Part shown: piece by piece, positions 8,762 through 19,881 of the stretch
Layout of the letters: each line of letters starts with the position of its first letter
Position numbering within the stretch: the stretch's first letter is position 1
Source of the DNA: Myxococcota bacterium
Lineage (GTDB): Bacteria > Myxococcota_A > UBA9160 > UBA6930
Length of the DNA: 64,000 nt
Assembly (NCBI GenBank): GCA_965223415.1
Contig: OZ245002.1
Span: 3,968,001-4,032,000, forward strand
Direction: 5' to 3'
Made by a program: the position numbers and the translations under genes
Notes under the pieces: generated by a model
The model's input: only the letters and a program-made list of their open reading frames with translations
What the model was told of the DNA's origin: nothing
Database searches by the model: none

Positions 8762-9114
8762 CGGGGTTCTCCTTTCGGGGCGAGGTCGCCGATCAGGCCG
8801 GCAGTGGGGTCGACCATGGCGGGCTCCAGGAGCCAGGCGCCGGGGGTCTCGAGCAGGAAGTCGGTGGGGGCGTGCCAGGCGAGCTGGAGCGGGGGGGCGG
8901 GGTCCGGGCCGTCGGCCCAGAGGAGGAGGCCCGCCGCGGCGGCGGCCGCCGCTCCTGCGAGCCAGGGCCCCCATCGCAAGGGGGCGGGGGCCGTCCTCGC
9001 CTCCGGGGTCGGATGCGCCGGCAGGGCGCTCCGGTCCTCCCGCCGGAGCGTCTCGAAGGCACTCTCCAGCTCCCGTTCGAAGCCGTCGTCAGGTCGCTCG
9101 TCGTGCGTGCTCAA
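8758..9114 (-). CDS. Putative single-TM anti-sigma factor
   Basis: Lies directly downstream of the ECF sigma. Short cytoplasmic N-terminus, one TM (WLAGAAAAAAAGLLLW), C-terminal APTDFLLETPG. Confidence 0.6.
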   Translation of the reverse strand: MSTHDERPDDGFERELESAFETLRREDRSALPAHPTPEARTAPAPLRWGPWLAGAAAAAAAGLLLWADGPDPAPPLQLAWHAPTDFLLETPGAWLLEPAMVDPTAGLIGDLAPKGEPR

Positions 9115-9616
9115 GGCCGCGATCCTCCAGAAGGGTGCGCAGGCGGCGTTTGCCCCGGGCGTAGTGGACCCGGGCGGAGCCCAGGCCGATGCCCAGGGTG
9201 CGGGAGGCCTCCTCGATGCTCAGGCCGGTGTAGAAGACCAGGTGGAGCACCTCCCGCTGGCGCGGGGACAGCTCGCCCAGGGCCGCGATCAGGGCCCGGC
9301 TGGTCTCCCCGCGCACGATCTCGCCCTCCGCGCCCGGCACGCCCGGTGGCGTCTCCCGCTCGCGGACGAAGCGGCCGAACAGGAGCCGCCGGGCCCCGGC
9401 CCGCCGCCGGCGCTCCGCAGCGACGCGGCGGATCACCCCGAACCACCAGGTCCGCAGGCTCGACCTCCCCCCGAAGCGGGCCCGGCCGTCGAGCACCCGC
9501 AGGTACGCCTGCTGGAGCACCTCCTGGGCCTCGTCCCCGTCGAAGCGGCAGCAGGCCAGGGCCCAGCCCCAGGCGGCTTCGTGGTGACCGACGAGCTCCC
9601 GGGCGGGGGACGTCAC
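9089..9616 (-). CDS. ECF RNA polymerase sigma factor
   Basis: Region 2 DEAQEVLQQAYLRV...FGGRSSLRTWWFGVIRR; region 4 LSPRQREVLHLVFYTGLSIEEASRTLG...VHYARGK. The GTG start overlaps the upstream TGA. Confidence 0.9.
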   Translation of the reverse strand: MTSPARELVGHHEAAWGWALACCRFDGDEAQEVLQQAYLRVLDGRARFGGRSSLRTWWFGVIRRVAAERRRRAGARRLLFGRFVRERETPPGVPGAEGEIVRGETSRALIAALGELSPRQREVLHLVFYTGLSIEEASRTLGIGLGSARVHYARGKRRLRTLLEDRGLEHARRAT

Positions 9617-10798
9617 CCAACGGCACTCCGCCACCGCCGCGCCAGGCCGGCCAGGGCGAGGGCTCCGAGCCAGGCCGCCTGGGGCTCCGGAACCGGCAGC
9701 GCCGCCCCGGTCTGGCGGATGTGGAAGAGGCTCGGGAGGTCCGCCAGCACGAGCTGGTTCACCAGCAGCCCGCCTGCCGTGTTGCCCTCGTGGTAGTCGG
9801 CCTGGCCCCCGCCCACGTCGTTGTCGTAGCCGCCGTCCGGCAGGACGTGGGCGAGCACCACCGGGGCACCGCTGGCGTCCCGCACGAGGGTGCCCGCGGC
9901 CAGGTCGGCGAACTCGAACACCAGGGTGCCGTTCCGCTTCCGGGTCGGCGAGCCGGGGGAGGCGAGCAGGAAGGTCCGGCCTCCCTGCCGGGCGATGCTC
10001 GTCCCGTCGAAGTCCGTGTAGCCGAGCAGGCTCGCGTCCTGGCTGGAGAGCGCGGCCCCGACGAAGCGCCAGCTCCCGGCGTGGTCGTCGGAGGCGACCA
10101 TCACGATCTGGTCCGAGCCGCTCTGCACCAGCCCGGTGAGCGAGACGTAGAGGGTGCCGCCCTTCGCGATGGCGCCGGGCTCCGAGTAGAGGAGCAGGTG
10201 ACCGAGGCTCGCGTCGAGGCCGCTCACGTTCACCTGCGCCGAGCCGCTATCCGGAAGAGGGATCGCGCCCTGGAAGAGGGCGACCTCCGGCGACCAGCTC
10301 CCGGCCGGGTCACTGGCGGTGCGGTAACCGATCCAGCTCGCCGCCGGCACCTGCCTTGAGGTGCCGTTGGGCAGCAGCTCCCGGAAGATCCGGTGATAGA
10401 AGAGCTTCCAGGGCGCCGCCGCGTCGGTGGGATCGTGGACCAGGCTCGGGACCTCGTAGTTCCACTGGCCGTGGACGACCTTGCCGTCGGCCAGGGTGAC
10501 GGTGGTGGGTGGTGGGCGCCGACGAGGGGTTGATGGGCTGGACGAAGCTCCAGCTGGCTCCGCCGTCCTGGCTCTTCGCCAGGTGGGTCTGGACGTTCGG
10601 GCCGAAGGGGAGCTCCGGGCCGGACACCGCCGAGTAGGCGAGCCAGCCGGTGCCGCCGACCGAGGCGTACTCGACGCTGGGGTCGTAGATGCCGCCGTTC
10701 CCCTTCTCCCCCGCGACCGTGACGTCGGCGAGGGGCAGGGCGGCGGCCGCGGCGGCGAGGGCCAGGACGAGGGGCAGGAGCAGGGATGCGGGTCGCAC
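9613..10798 (-). pseudogene. Frameshifted secreted Asp-box (sialidase/BNR-like) PEP-CTERM protein
   Basis: GGAGG plus GTG at 10798, signal peptide, Asp-boxes SQDGGASW and SDDHAGSW, C-terminal VPEP-TM-RR. The frame is broken by a 7-bp duplication at 10503-10516; removing one copy gives a continuous 392-aa ORF. Confidence 0.8.
10503..10516. repeat. 7-bp tandem duplication TGGTGGG x2
   Basis: Read directly from the sequence (GG TGGTGGG TGGTGGG C); coincides with the frameshift. Confidence 0.9.
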
Positions 10799-10880
10799 GG
10801 TGTCCTCCGGACTCCCCTTCCTTCGGTCCATGAGTGACCTGGGGGCTCCGGACATAGGACGGGCCGGTGCGGAAGTCGTG

Positions 10881-11693
10881 CTAGGGCCCCTCGAAGCGCG
10901 GCGGCCGCTTCTCCCGCGCCGCCGCCAGGCCCTCGGCCAGGTCGGCGCCCTCGTAGCAGAGGCTCTGCTCGTGGGCCTCCGTGGCGAGCTGCTCGTCCAG
11001 GCGGGCGGTGGGGGTGGCTGCCAGGGAGCGCTTCGTGCCGCGGACGGCCAGGGGCGAGGCCTGGGCGATGGCCACGGCCACGGCCCGGGCCTCCGGCAGC
11101 ACCTGGTCCCGGGGGACGCTGCGGTTCACCATGCCGATGCGCGCAGCCTCGGGGCCGTCGACCAGCCGGCCCGTGAAGAGCAGCTCGGCGGCGTGGGCCG
11201 GGCCGACCAGGCGTGGGAGGGTCCAGGTGGCCGCCATTCCCGGGTGGATGCCCAGGCGGGTGAAATTGAGGCCGAGCTTCGCCTCGTCGGCCGCGATGCG
11301 CAGGTCGCAGGCCAGCCCGACGCAGCAGCCGGCGCCGATGGCGTGGCCGTTCACGGCGGCGATCGTCGGCTGGGGCAGGTCGCGCACCGAGAGGTAGAGC
11401 CCGTAGAAGCGCCGCATGAAGTCGCGGTTCGCTGCGCGGGTGGCGCCGCCCGGGTCGGCCCGGCCCGCGGCGCCCATGCGGTCGATCATGTCGAGATCGC
11501 CGCCGGCGGAGAAGGCGCGGCCGGCGCCGGTGAGGATCACCGCCCGCAGGTCGTCCTGCTTGGCGAGGCCCGCCATCTCTGCCGAGATCGCCTCGCCCAT
11601 CGCCTCGGTCATCGCGTTGAGCCGGTCCGGATCGTTGAACGTGACCGTCGCAACGCCGCCGTCGCGCTCCACCAACAGAAGGGGCTCCGTCAT
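10881..11693 (-). CDS. Enoyl-CoA hydratase/isomerase family protein
   Basis: Motifs VATVTFNDPDRLNAM, GAGRAFSAGGDL, PTIAAVNGHAIGAG and REKRPPRFEG. Confidence 0.93.
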   Translation of the reverse strand: MTEPLLLVERDGGVATVTFNDPDRLNAMTEAMGEAISAEMAGLAKQDDLRAVILTGAGRAFSAGGDLDMIDRMGAAGRADPGGATRAANRDFMRRFYGLYLSVRDLPQPTIAAVNGHAIGAGCCVGLACDLRIAADEAKLGLNFTRLGIHPGMAATWTLPRLVGPAHAAELLFTGRLVDGPEAARIGMVNRSVPRDQVLPEARAVAVAIAQASPLAVRGTKRSLAATPTARLDEQLATEAHEQSLCYEGADLAEGLAAAREKRPPRFEGP

Positions 11694-11739
11694 GCCCGTA
11701 GGCTGACGGAGCCCCTCGGTTCGGGCAATGGACGCCGAC

Positions 11740-13098
<1,359 letters not shown>

Positions 13099-13120
13099 CT
13101 TCACCCCCCTTGTGGGCGCC

Positions 13121-13149
13121 ATCCTAGCGGGAACTTTCCCGAGAGGAAA
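13121..13149 (-). promoter_or_regulatory. Candidate internal ftsZ promoter with a palindromic spacer
   Basis: Minus-strand TTTCCT-N17-TAGGAT; the spacer contains CGGGAA-NN-TTCCCG (13128-13141). Confidence 0.3.
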
Positions 13150-13185
13150 CGCCCATTTAGCTCAAAAGTTGCGAGTCCGTGGGCT

Positions 13186-14421
13186 CTACTCGAACTCCCC
13201 GTAGAACCAGTCCCGCATGCGCTGCTTCACGCGCCGGAAGATCGAGTCGTCCCGGATCCGGAAGCGGCTCGGATGGCGGCCGATACGGGCGTGGCCGAAC
13301 AGCACGAGGCCCACGCCGGTCGCGTACATCGGGCTGCGCACCACGTCCTGCAGGCCGCCCACGTGGGTGGGCTGGCCCTGGCGCACCGGCGATTCGAAGA
13401 TCTCCTCGGCCAGGTCGGTGGCGCCGGTGAGCGCCGACGCGCCGCCGGTCAGCACCACGCCGGACGGGATGCGGTCCTCGAGGCCGGCCCGCACCAGCTC
13501 CTGCCGCGCCAGCGACAGGATCTCGTCGATGCGCGGCTCGATGATCTCGCACAGGATCTTGCGCGAAACCTCCCGCGGCCGGCGCCCCCCGACGCTCGGC
13601 ACCGTGAGCACGTCGTCGGCGCCCAGGTAGCGCGCCGACGCCACGCCGAAGCGCTTCTTGATGCGCTCGGCCTCGTCGAAGGGCGTGCGCAGCCCCACCG
13701 CGATGTCGTTGGTGATGTGGTAGCCGCCGAGGGACAGCACCGAGGTGTGTTTGATCGAGCCCTCGGAGAACACCGCGATGTCGGTGGTGCCGCCTCCGAT
13801 GTCGATCAGGCACACGCCCAGGTCCCGCTCGTCGCCGGCCAGCACGGCCTCCGCCGAGGCCAGGGGCTCGAGCACGATGTCCACCACGTTCAGGCCGGCC
13901 TTGTTGGCGCACTTCACGATGTTCTGGGCGCTGGTCACAGCCGCCGTCACGATGTGGATCTTCGCCTCGAGCCGCACGCCGCTCATGCCGAGCGGCTCCC
14001 GGATGCCGTCCTGGTCGTCGATGATGAACTCCTGGGGGATCACGTGGATCACCTCCCGGTCCATCGGGATGGCCACGGCCTTGGCGGCGTCGATCACCCG
14101 ACGCACGTCGTTGTCGGAGACCTCCCGGTCCTTCACCGCCACGACGCCGTGGGAGTTGAGCCCGTCGATGTGGCCGCCGGCGATTCCGGCGTAGACCGAC
14201 GAGATCTCGCAGTCGGCCATCAGCTCCGCCTCTTCGACGGCGTGCTTGATCGACTCCACGGTGGCGTCGATGTCGACCACCACCCCCTTGCGCAGGCCCT
14301 TGGACGGGTGGGTTCCGATACCCACCACGTCCACTCCGGTCTCGGTTCGTTCTGCGACGATCGCGCAGATCTTGGTGGTCCCGATGTCGAGACCGACGAT
14401 CAGGTCGTCCTTGCGTGCCAT
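13186..14421 (-). CDS. ftsA: Cell division protein FtsA
   Basis: Motifs VGLDIGTTKI, DIGGGTTDIAV and GVVLTGG; C-terminal amphipathic helix IFRRVKQRMRDWF. Confidence 0.98.
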   Translation of the reverse strand: MARKDDLIVGLDIGTTKICAIVAERTETGVDVVGIGTHPSKGLRKGVVVDIDATVESIKHAVEEAELMADCEISSVYAGIAGGHIDGLNSHGVVAVKDREVSDNDVRRVIDAAKAVAIPMDREVIHVIPQEFIIDDQDGIREPLGMSGVRLEAKIHIVTAAVTSAQNIVKCANKAGLNVVDIVLEPLASAEAVLAGDERDLGVCLIDIGGGTTDIAVFSEGSIKHTSVLSLGGYHITNDIAVGLRTPFDEAERIKKRFGVASARYLGADDVLTVPSVGGRRPREVSRKILCEIIEPRIDEILSLARQELVRAGLEDRIPSGVVLTGGASALTGATDLAEEIFESPVRQGQPTHVGGLQDVVRSPMYATGVGLVLFGHARIGRHPSRFRIRDDSIFRRVKQRMRDWFYGEFE

Positions 14422-14436
14422 GTCCGTGCTCCCCCC

Positions 14437-15258
14437 TTAGGCTCCCGAGCCCAGCGGCCGGTCGCGTTCTTCGGCCGTGTCCGCCACGGCCTCCTCTTCC
14501 TGCGGGCGCAGAATCACGCGCCCGCCGAAACGCAGGTCCAGTCGCGCGGCCTCCCGCGCCTGACGCAGGTCGGCCTGCATCAGGCGCGCGAGCCGCGCCA
14601 GCTTCGGTTCCAGGCGGCCTGGGCCGAGCACCACCCGCTGCAGGCCGCCGCCGCGCCGCCAGGTGAAGGCCGGTCGCGTGCCCTCGTCGTCGGCGCCCAG
14701 CTCCACGTGCAGGGGCGCCGGCAGGCCCTCTCGCGCCAGGGCGTCGAGGATCTGGATGCCCAGCACCAGGTCCGGATCCGGCGCATCCGGCCGCCCAGCG
14801 CGGGCGCCGCGCAGCTCCGGGATGCCGCCGGCCGCCGGCGCCGGGGCGAAGGCCACGCCGCTGCCGTCGACGAAGGTCATGCCCTCCGCCGTGCGCAGCA
14901 GGGCCCGGGGCGTTCGCTCCTCCACGCCCACGAGCAGGCGTCGCGGCGGGAGCGCCGTGACTCGCGCGCTGGCGATCCACGGATGGCTCGCGATGCGCCG
15001 GCGCACCCCCTCCAGGTCGACCCTGCCCAGCGGTGTGCCAGGCACGATGCCGGCCAGGGCCGCCAGCTCGCCCGGCGCCACGCGCAGGTTGCCCGAGAGC
15101 TCGAGTGTGGCCACGGCGCTGCGTTCCGGTGCCACGCGGCTCACGAGCTGGTGCCAGCCGAACACGCCCACCGCTACGCCCGTGAGGGCCGCCGCCAGCC
15201 AGGTGAGCCAACGCCCGGCCCGCCGGGCCCGGCTGCTGAAGCGTCGTCGGGACTTCAT
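14437..15258 (-). CDS. ftsQ: Cell division protein FtsQ
   Basis: N-terminal TM, POTRA domain (HPWIASARV...VEERTP), LDLRF motif; lies just before ftsA. Confidence 0.9.
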   Translation of the reverse strand: MKSRRRFSSRARRAGRWLTWLAAALTGVAVGVFGWHQLVSRVAPERSAVATLELSGNLRVAPGELAALAGIVPGTPLGRVDLEGVRRRIASHPWIASARVTALPPRRLLVGVEERTPRALLRTAEGMTFVDGSGVAFAPAPAAGGIPELRGARAGRPDAPDPDLVLGIQILDALAREGLPAPLHVELGADDEGTRPAFTWRRGGGLQRVVLGPGRLEPKLARLARLMQADLRQAREAARLDLRFGGRVILRPQEEEAVADTAEERDRPLGSGA

Positions 15259-15348
15259 CGGGATGTCCTCCCCCGGGTTCGTCGGCTGGACTTCATGCGT
15301 GTGTCCTCCCCAGGACCGGTCGTCGGGACTTCATGAAGGTGTCCTTCC
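15244..15348 (-). repeat. Three 38-bp-period imperfect repeats of the murB-stop/ftsQ-start junction
   Basis: GG(A/G)AGGACA-N5-ATGAAGTCC recurs with ATGs at 15334, 15296 and 15258. Confidence 0.85.
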
Positions 15349-16251
15349 GAGGATCTGGACCTCGGCTTCCAGCTCGATGCCGGTGCTGCGCTTCACCTCC
15401 GCGCGGGCGCGCTCGATCAGCGCCAGCACGTCGGCCGCGCGGGCGTCGCCGGTGTTGACGATGAAGTTCGCGTGGACTGGCGAGATCACGGCGCCGCCGA
15501 CCCGGGCTCCCTTCAGGCCCGCCCCCTCGATCAGCTGGCCGGCGAAGCCGCCGGGCGGGTTCTTGAACACGGAGCCGCAGGAGGGCACGTCGAGGGGCTG
15601 GGTAGCCGCGCGATGGGCCAGCAGCCGATCCACCTCCGCGCCCACTTCCTCCGCCGTCGCCGGCTTCACGGCGAGGAGTGCCGAGACCACGACCGTCCCG
15701 GGCGCGAGACCGCGCAGGGCCCGGTAGGCGAAGTCCAGCTCGACCCGCGGTACGCTCCGCGGCGCGCCGCCGGCCGGGCCGATCACCTCGACCTCGTCCA
15801 CGACGTCCTTCGCCTCCCGGGTCCCGATGCCCGCGTTCATCGCCACCCAGCCGCCCAGGCTGCCTGGGATGCCGGCGCCGAACTCGAGCCCCGAGAGGCC
15901 GCGCTCGCGGCAGAAACGCGTCAGGCTCGCGTGGCTGACCCCGGCCTCGGCGAAGACCCGCGGGCCCGGGCGCTCCTCCAGCCGGCGGAAGCGGGAGAGC
16001 TGGATCAGCACGCCGTCGAAGCCGTCGTCTTGCACGAGCACGTTGAAGCCACGCCCGATCACTCGCTGGCGAAGGCCATGGGCGTGGCAGACGGTGAGCA
16101 GGCGGCCCAGGGCTTCGCGGTCGTCGGGGACGGCGAGGGCATCCGCCGGGCCGCCCACGCGCAGGGAGGTGAGGCGGCTCGTGTCCGCGTCGAAGCGCAC
16201 GGCGTCGCCCAGGGCTTCGCGGAGGGCCTCGCGGGCCGCGGCGCCGATCAC
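15331..16251 (-). CDS. murB: UDP-N-acetylenolpyruvoylglucosamine reductase
   Basis: Motifs TSLRVGGPAD, GIPGSLGGWVAMNAG, PSCGSVFKNP and HANFIVN. Confidence 0.96.
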   Translation of the reverse strand: MIGAAAREALREALGDAVRFDADTSRLTSLRVGGPADALAVPDDREALGRLLTVCHAHGLRQRVIGRGFNVLVQDDGFDGVLIQLSRFRRLEERPGPRVFAEAGVSHASLTRFCRERGLSGLEFGAGIPGSLGGWVAMNAGIGTREAKDVVDEVEVIGPAGGAPRSVPRVELDFAYRALRGLAPGTVVVSALLAVKPATAEEVGAEVDRLLAHRAATQPLDVPSCGSVFKNPPGGFAGQLIEGAGLKGARVGGAVISPVHANFIVNTGDARAADVLALIERARAEVKRSTGIELEAEVQILGRTPS

Positions 16252-17648
16252 GAACGCGCCCCCAGTGCGGCCAGGAGCCGCGGGCCCAGCTGGGTGATGT
16301 CGCCGGCGCCCAGGGTCAGCACCCAGTCTCCAGCGCGCAGCTCCGCGGCCATGGCCTCGGGCAGCGTCGTCAGGTCGGGCGCGAACCGGACGTCCCGATG
16401 GCCCCGGGCGCGCACGGCATCGGCCAGGGCCACGCCCTCGACGCCGGGGAGCTTGGCCTCCCCGGCGGCGTAGATCTCCGTGATCCACAGCAGGTCCGCC
16501 TCGTGGAAGGCGGCGGCGAAGTCTTCGAACAGGTCGCGGGTGCGCGAGTAGCGGTGGGGCTGGAAGACGACGACGAGGCGTCCCCCGTGCACCGCGCGGG
16601 CGGCGCCCAGGGTGGCGCGGATCTCCGTCGGGTGGTGGCCGTAGTCGTCGATCACGCGCACGCCCGCCGCCTCGCCCTTCGTCTCGAAGCGGCGCTCGAC
16701 GCCGGGGAAGCGGGCCAGGGCTTCACGGATGCGGGCGAAGGGCACGCCCGCCTCGTCGGCCACCGCGATGGCGGCCAGGGCGTTCAGCACGTTGTGCCGG
16801 CCGGTGAGCGGGAGCGCGACCTCGCCCAGGGCCCGCTCTCCCCGCCGCACGCCGAAGCGCGCGCCCGAGGCCTCGAGCAGCGGCTCGGCGGCGCCCCACT
16901 CGGCCTGGGGGGAGAAGCCGTAGGTCGCGCGGCGACGGGTGAGGCGGGGCAGCAGCTCCTGGATGCCCGGGTGGTCGAGGCACACCACGCACAGGCCGAA
17001 GAAGGGCACACCATTCGCGAACCGAACGAAGGCGTCCTGCAGGGCCTCCTCGCTGCCGTAGTGGTCGAGGTGCTCGGGCTCCACGTTCGTGATCACGGCG
17101 ATCACCGGCGCGAGGCGCAGGAAGGAGCCGTCGCTCTCGTCGGCTTCGGCCACGAGGAAGGTGCCGCGGCCGAGCCGGGCGCCGGTCCGCTCGCCCGAGG
17201 GCGCCCCGGTGGCGATGCGTCCGCCCACCACCGCCGTGGGGTCGAGGCCCGCGTCCTCGAGCACGTGGGCGACGAGCGAGGTGGTCGTGGTCTTGCCATG
17301 GGTGCCGGCCACGGCGATGCCGTCCTGCAGCCGCATCAGCTCCGCCAGCATCTCCGCGCGGGGGATGACCGGGATGCCGCGGCGCTCGGCTTCGCGCACC
17401 TCCGGGTTGCCGGCCCGGATCGCCGAGGAGACCACCACCACGTCGGCCGCCCCCACGTGGGCCTCGTCGTGTCCCACGACCACGGACACGTCGAGCTGGC
17501 GGAGCCGCGCGACGGTCGCTCCCTCGGAGAGATCCGAGCCGGTGATCGTGTAGCCGAGCCCGTGCAGCAGCTCGGCGATGCCGCACATGCCGATGCCGCC
17601 GATGCCCACGAAGTGGATCCGGTCGATGCCGCGGAAGCGTCGGGTCAT
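16248..17648 (-). CDS. murC: UDP-N-acetylmuramate--L-alanine ligase
   Basis: Motifs IHFVGIGGIGM, AGTHGKTTT, EADESDGSF, DDYGHHPTE and FQPHRYSR. Confidence 0.97.
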   Translation of the reverse strand: MTRRFRGIDRIHFVGIGGIGMCGIAELLHGLGYTITGSDLSEGATVARLRQLDVSVVVGHDEAHVGAADVVVVSSAIRAGNPEVREAERRGIPVIPRAEMLAELMRLQDGIAVAGTHGKTTTTSLVAHVLEDAGLDPTAVVGGRIATGAPSGERTGARLGRGTFLVAEADESDGSFLRLAPVIAVITNVEPEHLDHYGSEEALQDAFVRFANGVPFFGLCVVCLDHPGIQELLPRLTRRRATYGFSPQAEWGAAEPLLEASGARFGVRRGERALGEVALPLTGRHNVLNALAAIAVADEAGVPFARIREALARFPGVERRFETKGEAAGVRVIDDYGHHPTEIRATLGAARAVHGGRLVVVFQPHRYSRTRDLFEDFAAAFHEADLLWITEIYAAGEAKLPGVEGVALADAVRARGHRDVRFAPDLTTLPEAMAAELRAGDWVLTLGAGDITQLGPRLLAALGARS

Positions 17649-18742
17649 GCGGCGTCTCCGGCGATCTCGCGACAGGCGTCGACGACGGCGCGAGCGGCGT
17701 CCGGCCGTGCCAGCCTGGCCGCACGTCGTCCCATCTCCCGGAGCGCCGCCGGATCGTCGAGCAGCTCGAGGAGCACGTGCTGGAAGCCAGCGTCGTCGAG
17801 GTCCCGGCTGTCGAGCACCCGGGCCGCGCCCGCCTCCTCGAGCGGGCGGGTGTTGGCGAACTGCTCGCCGCCTCCGACGTGGGCCAGCGGCACCAGCAGC
17901 GCGGCCCGGCCCGCGAGGGCCAGCTCGGCGATCGTGATGGCGCCGGCGCGGCACACCACCAGCTCGGCATCGCGGTAGCGTCGCGGCATGTCGCGCTCGA
18001 AGGCGACCACCTGGGCGTCGATGCCCGCCGCCGTGTAGGCGTTGGTGACACGCTCGCGATCCGTCTCGCCGGTCTGGTGCACGACCCGCAGCTCGCGCTT
18101 GGCCAGCTCCGGCAGCGCCGCGAGCATGGCGTCGTTGATCTGGCGCGCGCCCTGGGAGCCGCCGAACACGAAGAGCTGGCGCGTCGCCGCGGGCGTCGGC
18201 GCCGCGGCCGACGGCTCCGTGAACGCTTCCACCAGGGCCCGGCGCAGCGGCACGCCGACCACCTGCACCCGGTCGGCGAGCCTGCCGAAGGCGGGCTCGC
18301 TGCCGGCCACGCCGGCGAAGATGCGCCGCGCGAACCGGGCCGAGACGCGATTCGCGGCGCCGGGCCGCGCGTCGGTGTTCACCAGCACCATCGGCGTCCG
18401 TTGCCACACGGCGGCGAGGGCCGCCGGCGCCGAGGCGTAGCCGCCTACCGAGATCACGAGGTCCGCGCCGAAGCGGGCCAGCACGCCCCGGGCGCGCCAG
18501 GTCGCGGCGAGCAGCGCGAGGATCGCCCGCGCCCGCTCGCCGAACGAACGACCCACCAGGGGCCGGGAGTCCAGGGCGACCAGCTCGAAGCCCGCCTCCG
18601 GCACCATCCGCTTCTCAAGGCCCCGCTCGGTGCCGACGAACAGCACCGGATCGCCGTCGTCCCGCAGTACCTCGCCCAGGGCCAGGGCCGGCGTGACGTG
18701 TCCGCCGGTTCCACCGCCCGCGATTACCCAGCGCAGGGTCAT
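17645..18742 (-). CDS. murG: Undecaprenyl-PP-MurNAc-pentapeptide GlcNAc transferase
   Basis: Motifs GGGTGGHVTPA, GGYAS, FGGSQGA and CRAGAITIAE. Confidence 0.96.
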   Translation of the reverse strand: MTLRWVIAGGGTGGHVTPALALGEVLRDDGDPVLFVGTERGLEKRMVPEAGFELVALDSRPLVGRSFGERARAILALLAATWRARGVLARFGADLVISVGGYASAPAALAAVWQRTPMVLVNTDARPGAANRVSARFARRIFAGVAGSEPAFGRLADRVQVVGVPLRRALVEAFTEPSAAAPTPAATRQLFVFGGSQGARQINDAMLAALPELAKRELRVVHQTGETDRERVTNAYTAAGIDAQVVAFERDMPRRYRDAELVVCRAGAITIAELALAGRAALLVPLAHVGGGEQFANTRPLEEAGAARVLDSRDLDDAGFQHVLLELLDDPAALREMGRRAARLARPDAARAVVDACREIAGDAA

Positions 18743-19881
18743 CGGCGGCGCCTCCGCCCCGAGGGCGGCGCGTGCTCGCGGGCCACCGCGAGGAGGATTC
18801 CGATCGCCACGCAGGAGACCAGCAGCGAGGTGCGACCGTAGGAGAGGAAGGGCAGGGTGAGTCCCTTGGTCGGCAGCAGGCCCATCACCACGGCCGCGTT
18901 CATCGCCGCCGGAACCGCGATGAGCGACGTCATGCCGAAGGCCAGCAGCATCGGGAAGCGCCGCTTCGCGCGCAGGGCGATGCGAAGGCCCGCCACCCAC
19001 AGGGCGGCGAAGCCGCCCAAGGCGATGAGCACGCCGACCAGGCCGAGCTCCTCGGCCACCACCGAGAGGACGAAGTCCGTGTGGGCCTCTGGCAGGTAGA
19101 AGAGCTTCTGCCGCCCGTCGCCGAGGCCGACCCCCAGCCAGCCACCGCGGCCGAAGGCGACGAAGGACTGCACGAGTTGGAAGCCCTCGCCGCTGGCCTT
19201 GCCCCAGGGATCGAGGAAGCCCACCCACCTCCGCAGGGCGTGGGGCTGGAGGACGCTGTACAGGGCGATGCCCGCCGCGCCGGCCAGGGCGGGGCCGACC
19301 AGGATGCGCAGGGGGGCACCGCCGACGAAGAGCAGGAGGCCGGTCAGGGCGACGAGGAGCACCGCGTTGCCCAGGTCCGGCTGGGCGACGCACAGGGCTG
19401 CCGGAACCAACGCCAGCCCGAGGGCGCCCAGCACGCCGTGGCGGGTGAGGGCGGCCTTGCCGTCCTGCCCCGAGAGCCAGGCCGCCGCCGCGAGGAGCGT
19501 CGCGAGCTTGGCGAACTCGGCGGGCTGGAAGGCGACGGCGGTGCCGGGCACGACGAGCCAGCGGCTGGCGCCGTTGGCTTCGTGGCCGAAGAGCGCGGTC
19601 AGCACGAGGAGCACGACGGCGCCGAGCCACAGCAGCGGCGCGAAGCGGTACCAGATCTGGAGCGGCACCCGCGACGCCAGCCAGCCGAGTCCGGCGCCGA
19701 TCGCCAGGGCGCCGGCGTGGCGCAGGAAGTGGGGCGGCAGCGTCGCTTCCAGATCGAGGGGCGCGGTGGCGCTGAAGACGGCAACGGCGCCGAGGGCCGC
19801 GAGCACGGCGACGGCCATGCCCACCGCCGCCACGGTGTCCGCGCCCGCGGGGGCCGGCTCGGTGCCTGCGCGGCCCCTCAC
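18739..19881 (-). CDS. ftsW: SEDS peptidoglycan polymerase FtsW
   Basis: Motifs NGASRW, FQPAEFAK, QPDLG, LPEAHTDF and GLTLPFLSYG. Confidence 0.95.
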   Translation of the reverse strand: MRGRAGTEPAPAGADTVAAVGMAVAVLAALGAVAVFSATAPLDLEATLPPHFLRHAGALAIGAGLGWLASRVPLQIWYRFAPLLWLGAVVLLVLTALFGHEANGASRWLVVPGTAVAFQPAEFAKLATLLAAAAWLSGQDGKAALTRHGVLGALGLALVPAALCVAQPDLGNAVLLVALTGLLLFVGGAPLRILVGPALAGAAGIALYSVLQPHALRRWVGFLDPWGKASGEGFQLVQSFVAFGRGGWLGVGLGDGRQKLFYLPEAHTDFVLSVVAEELGLVGVLIALGGFAALWVAGLRIALRAKRRFPMLLAFGMTSLIAVPAAMNAAVVMGLLPTKGLTLPFLSYGRTSLLVSCVAIGILLAVAREHAPPSGRRRRR

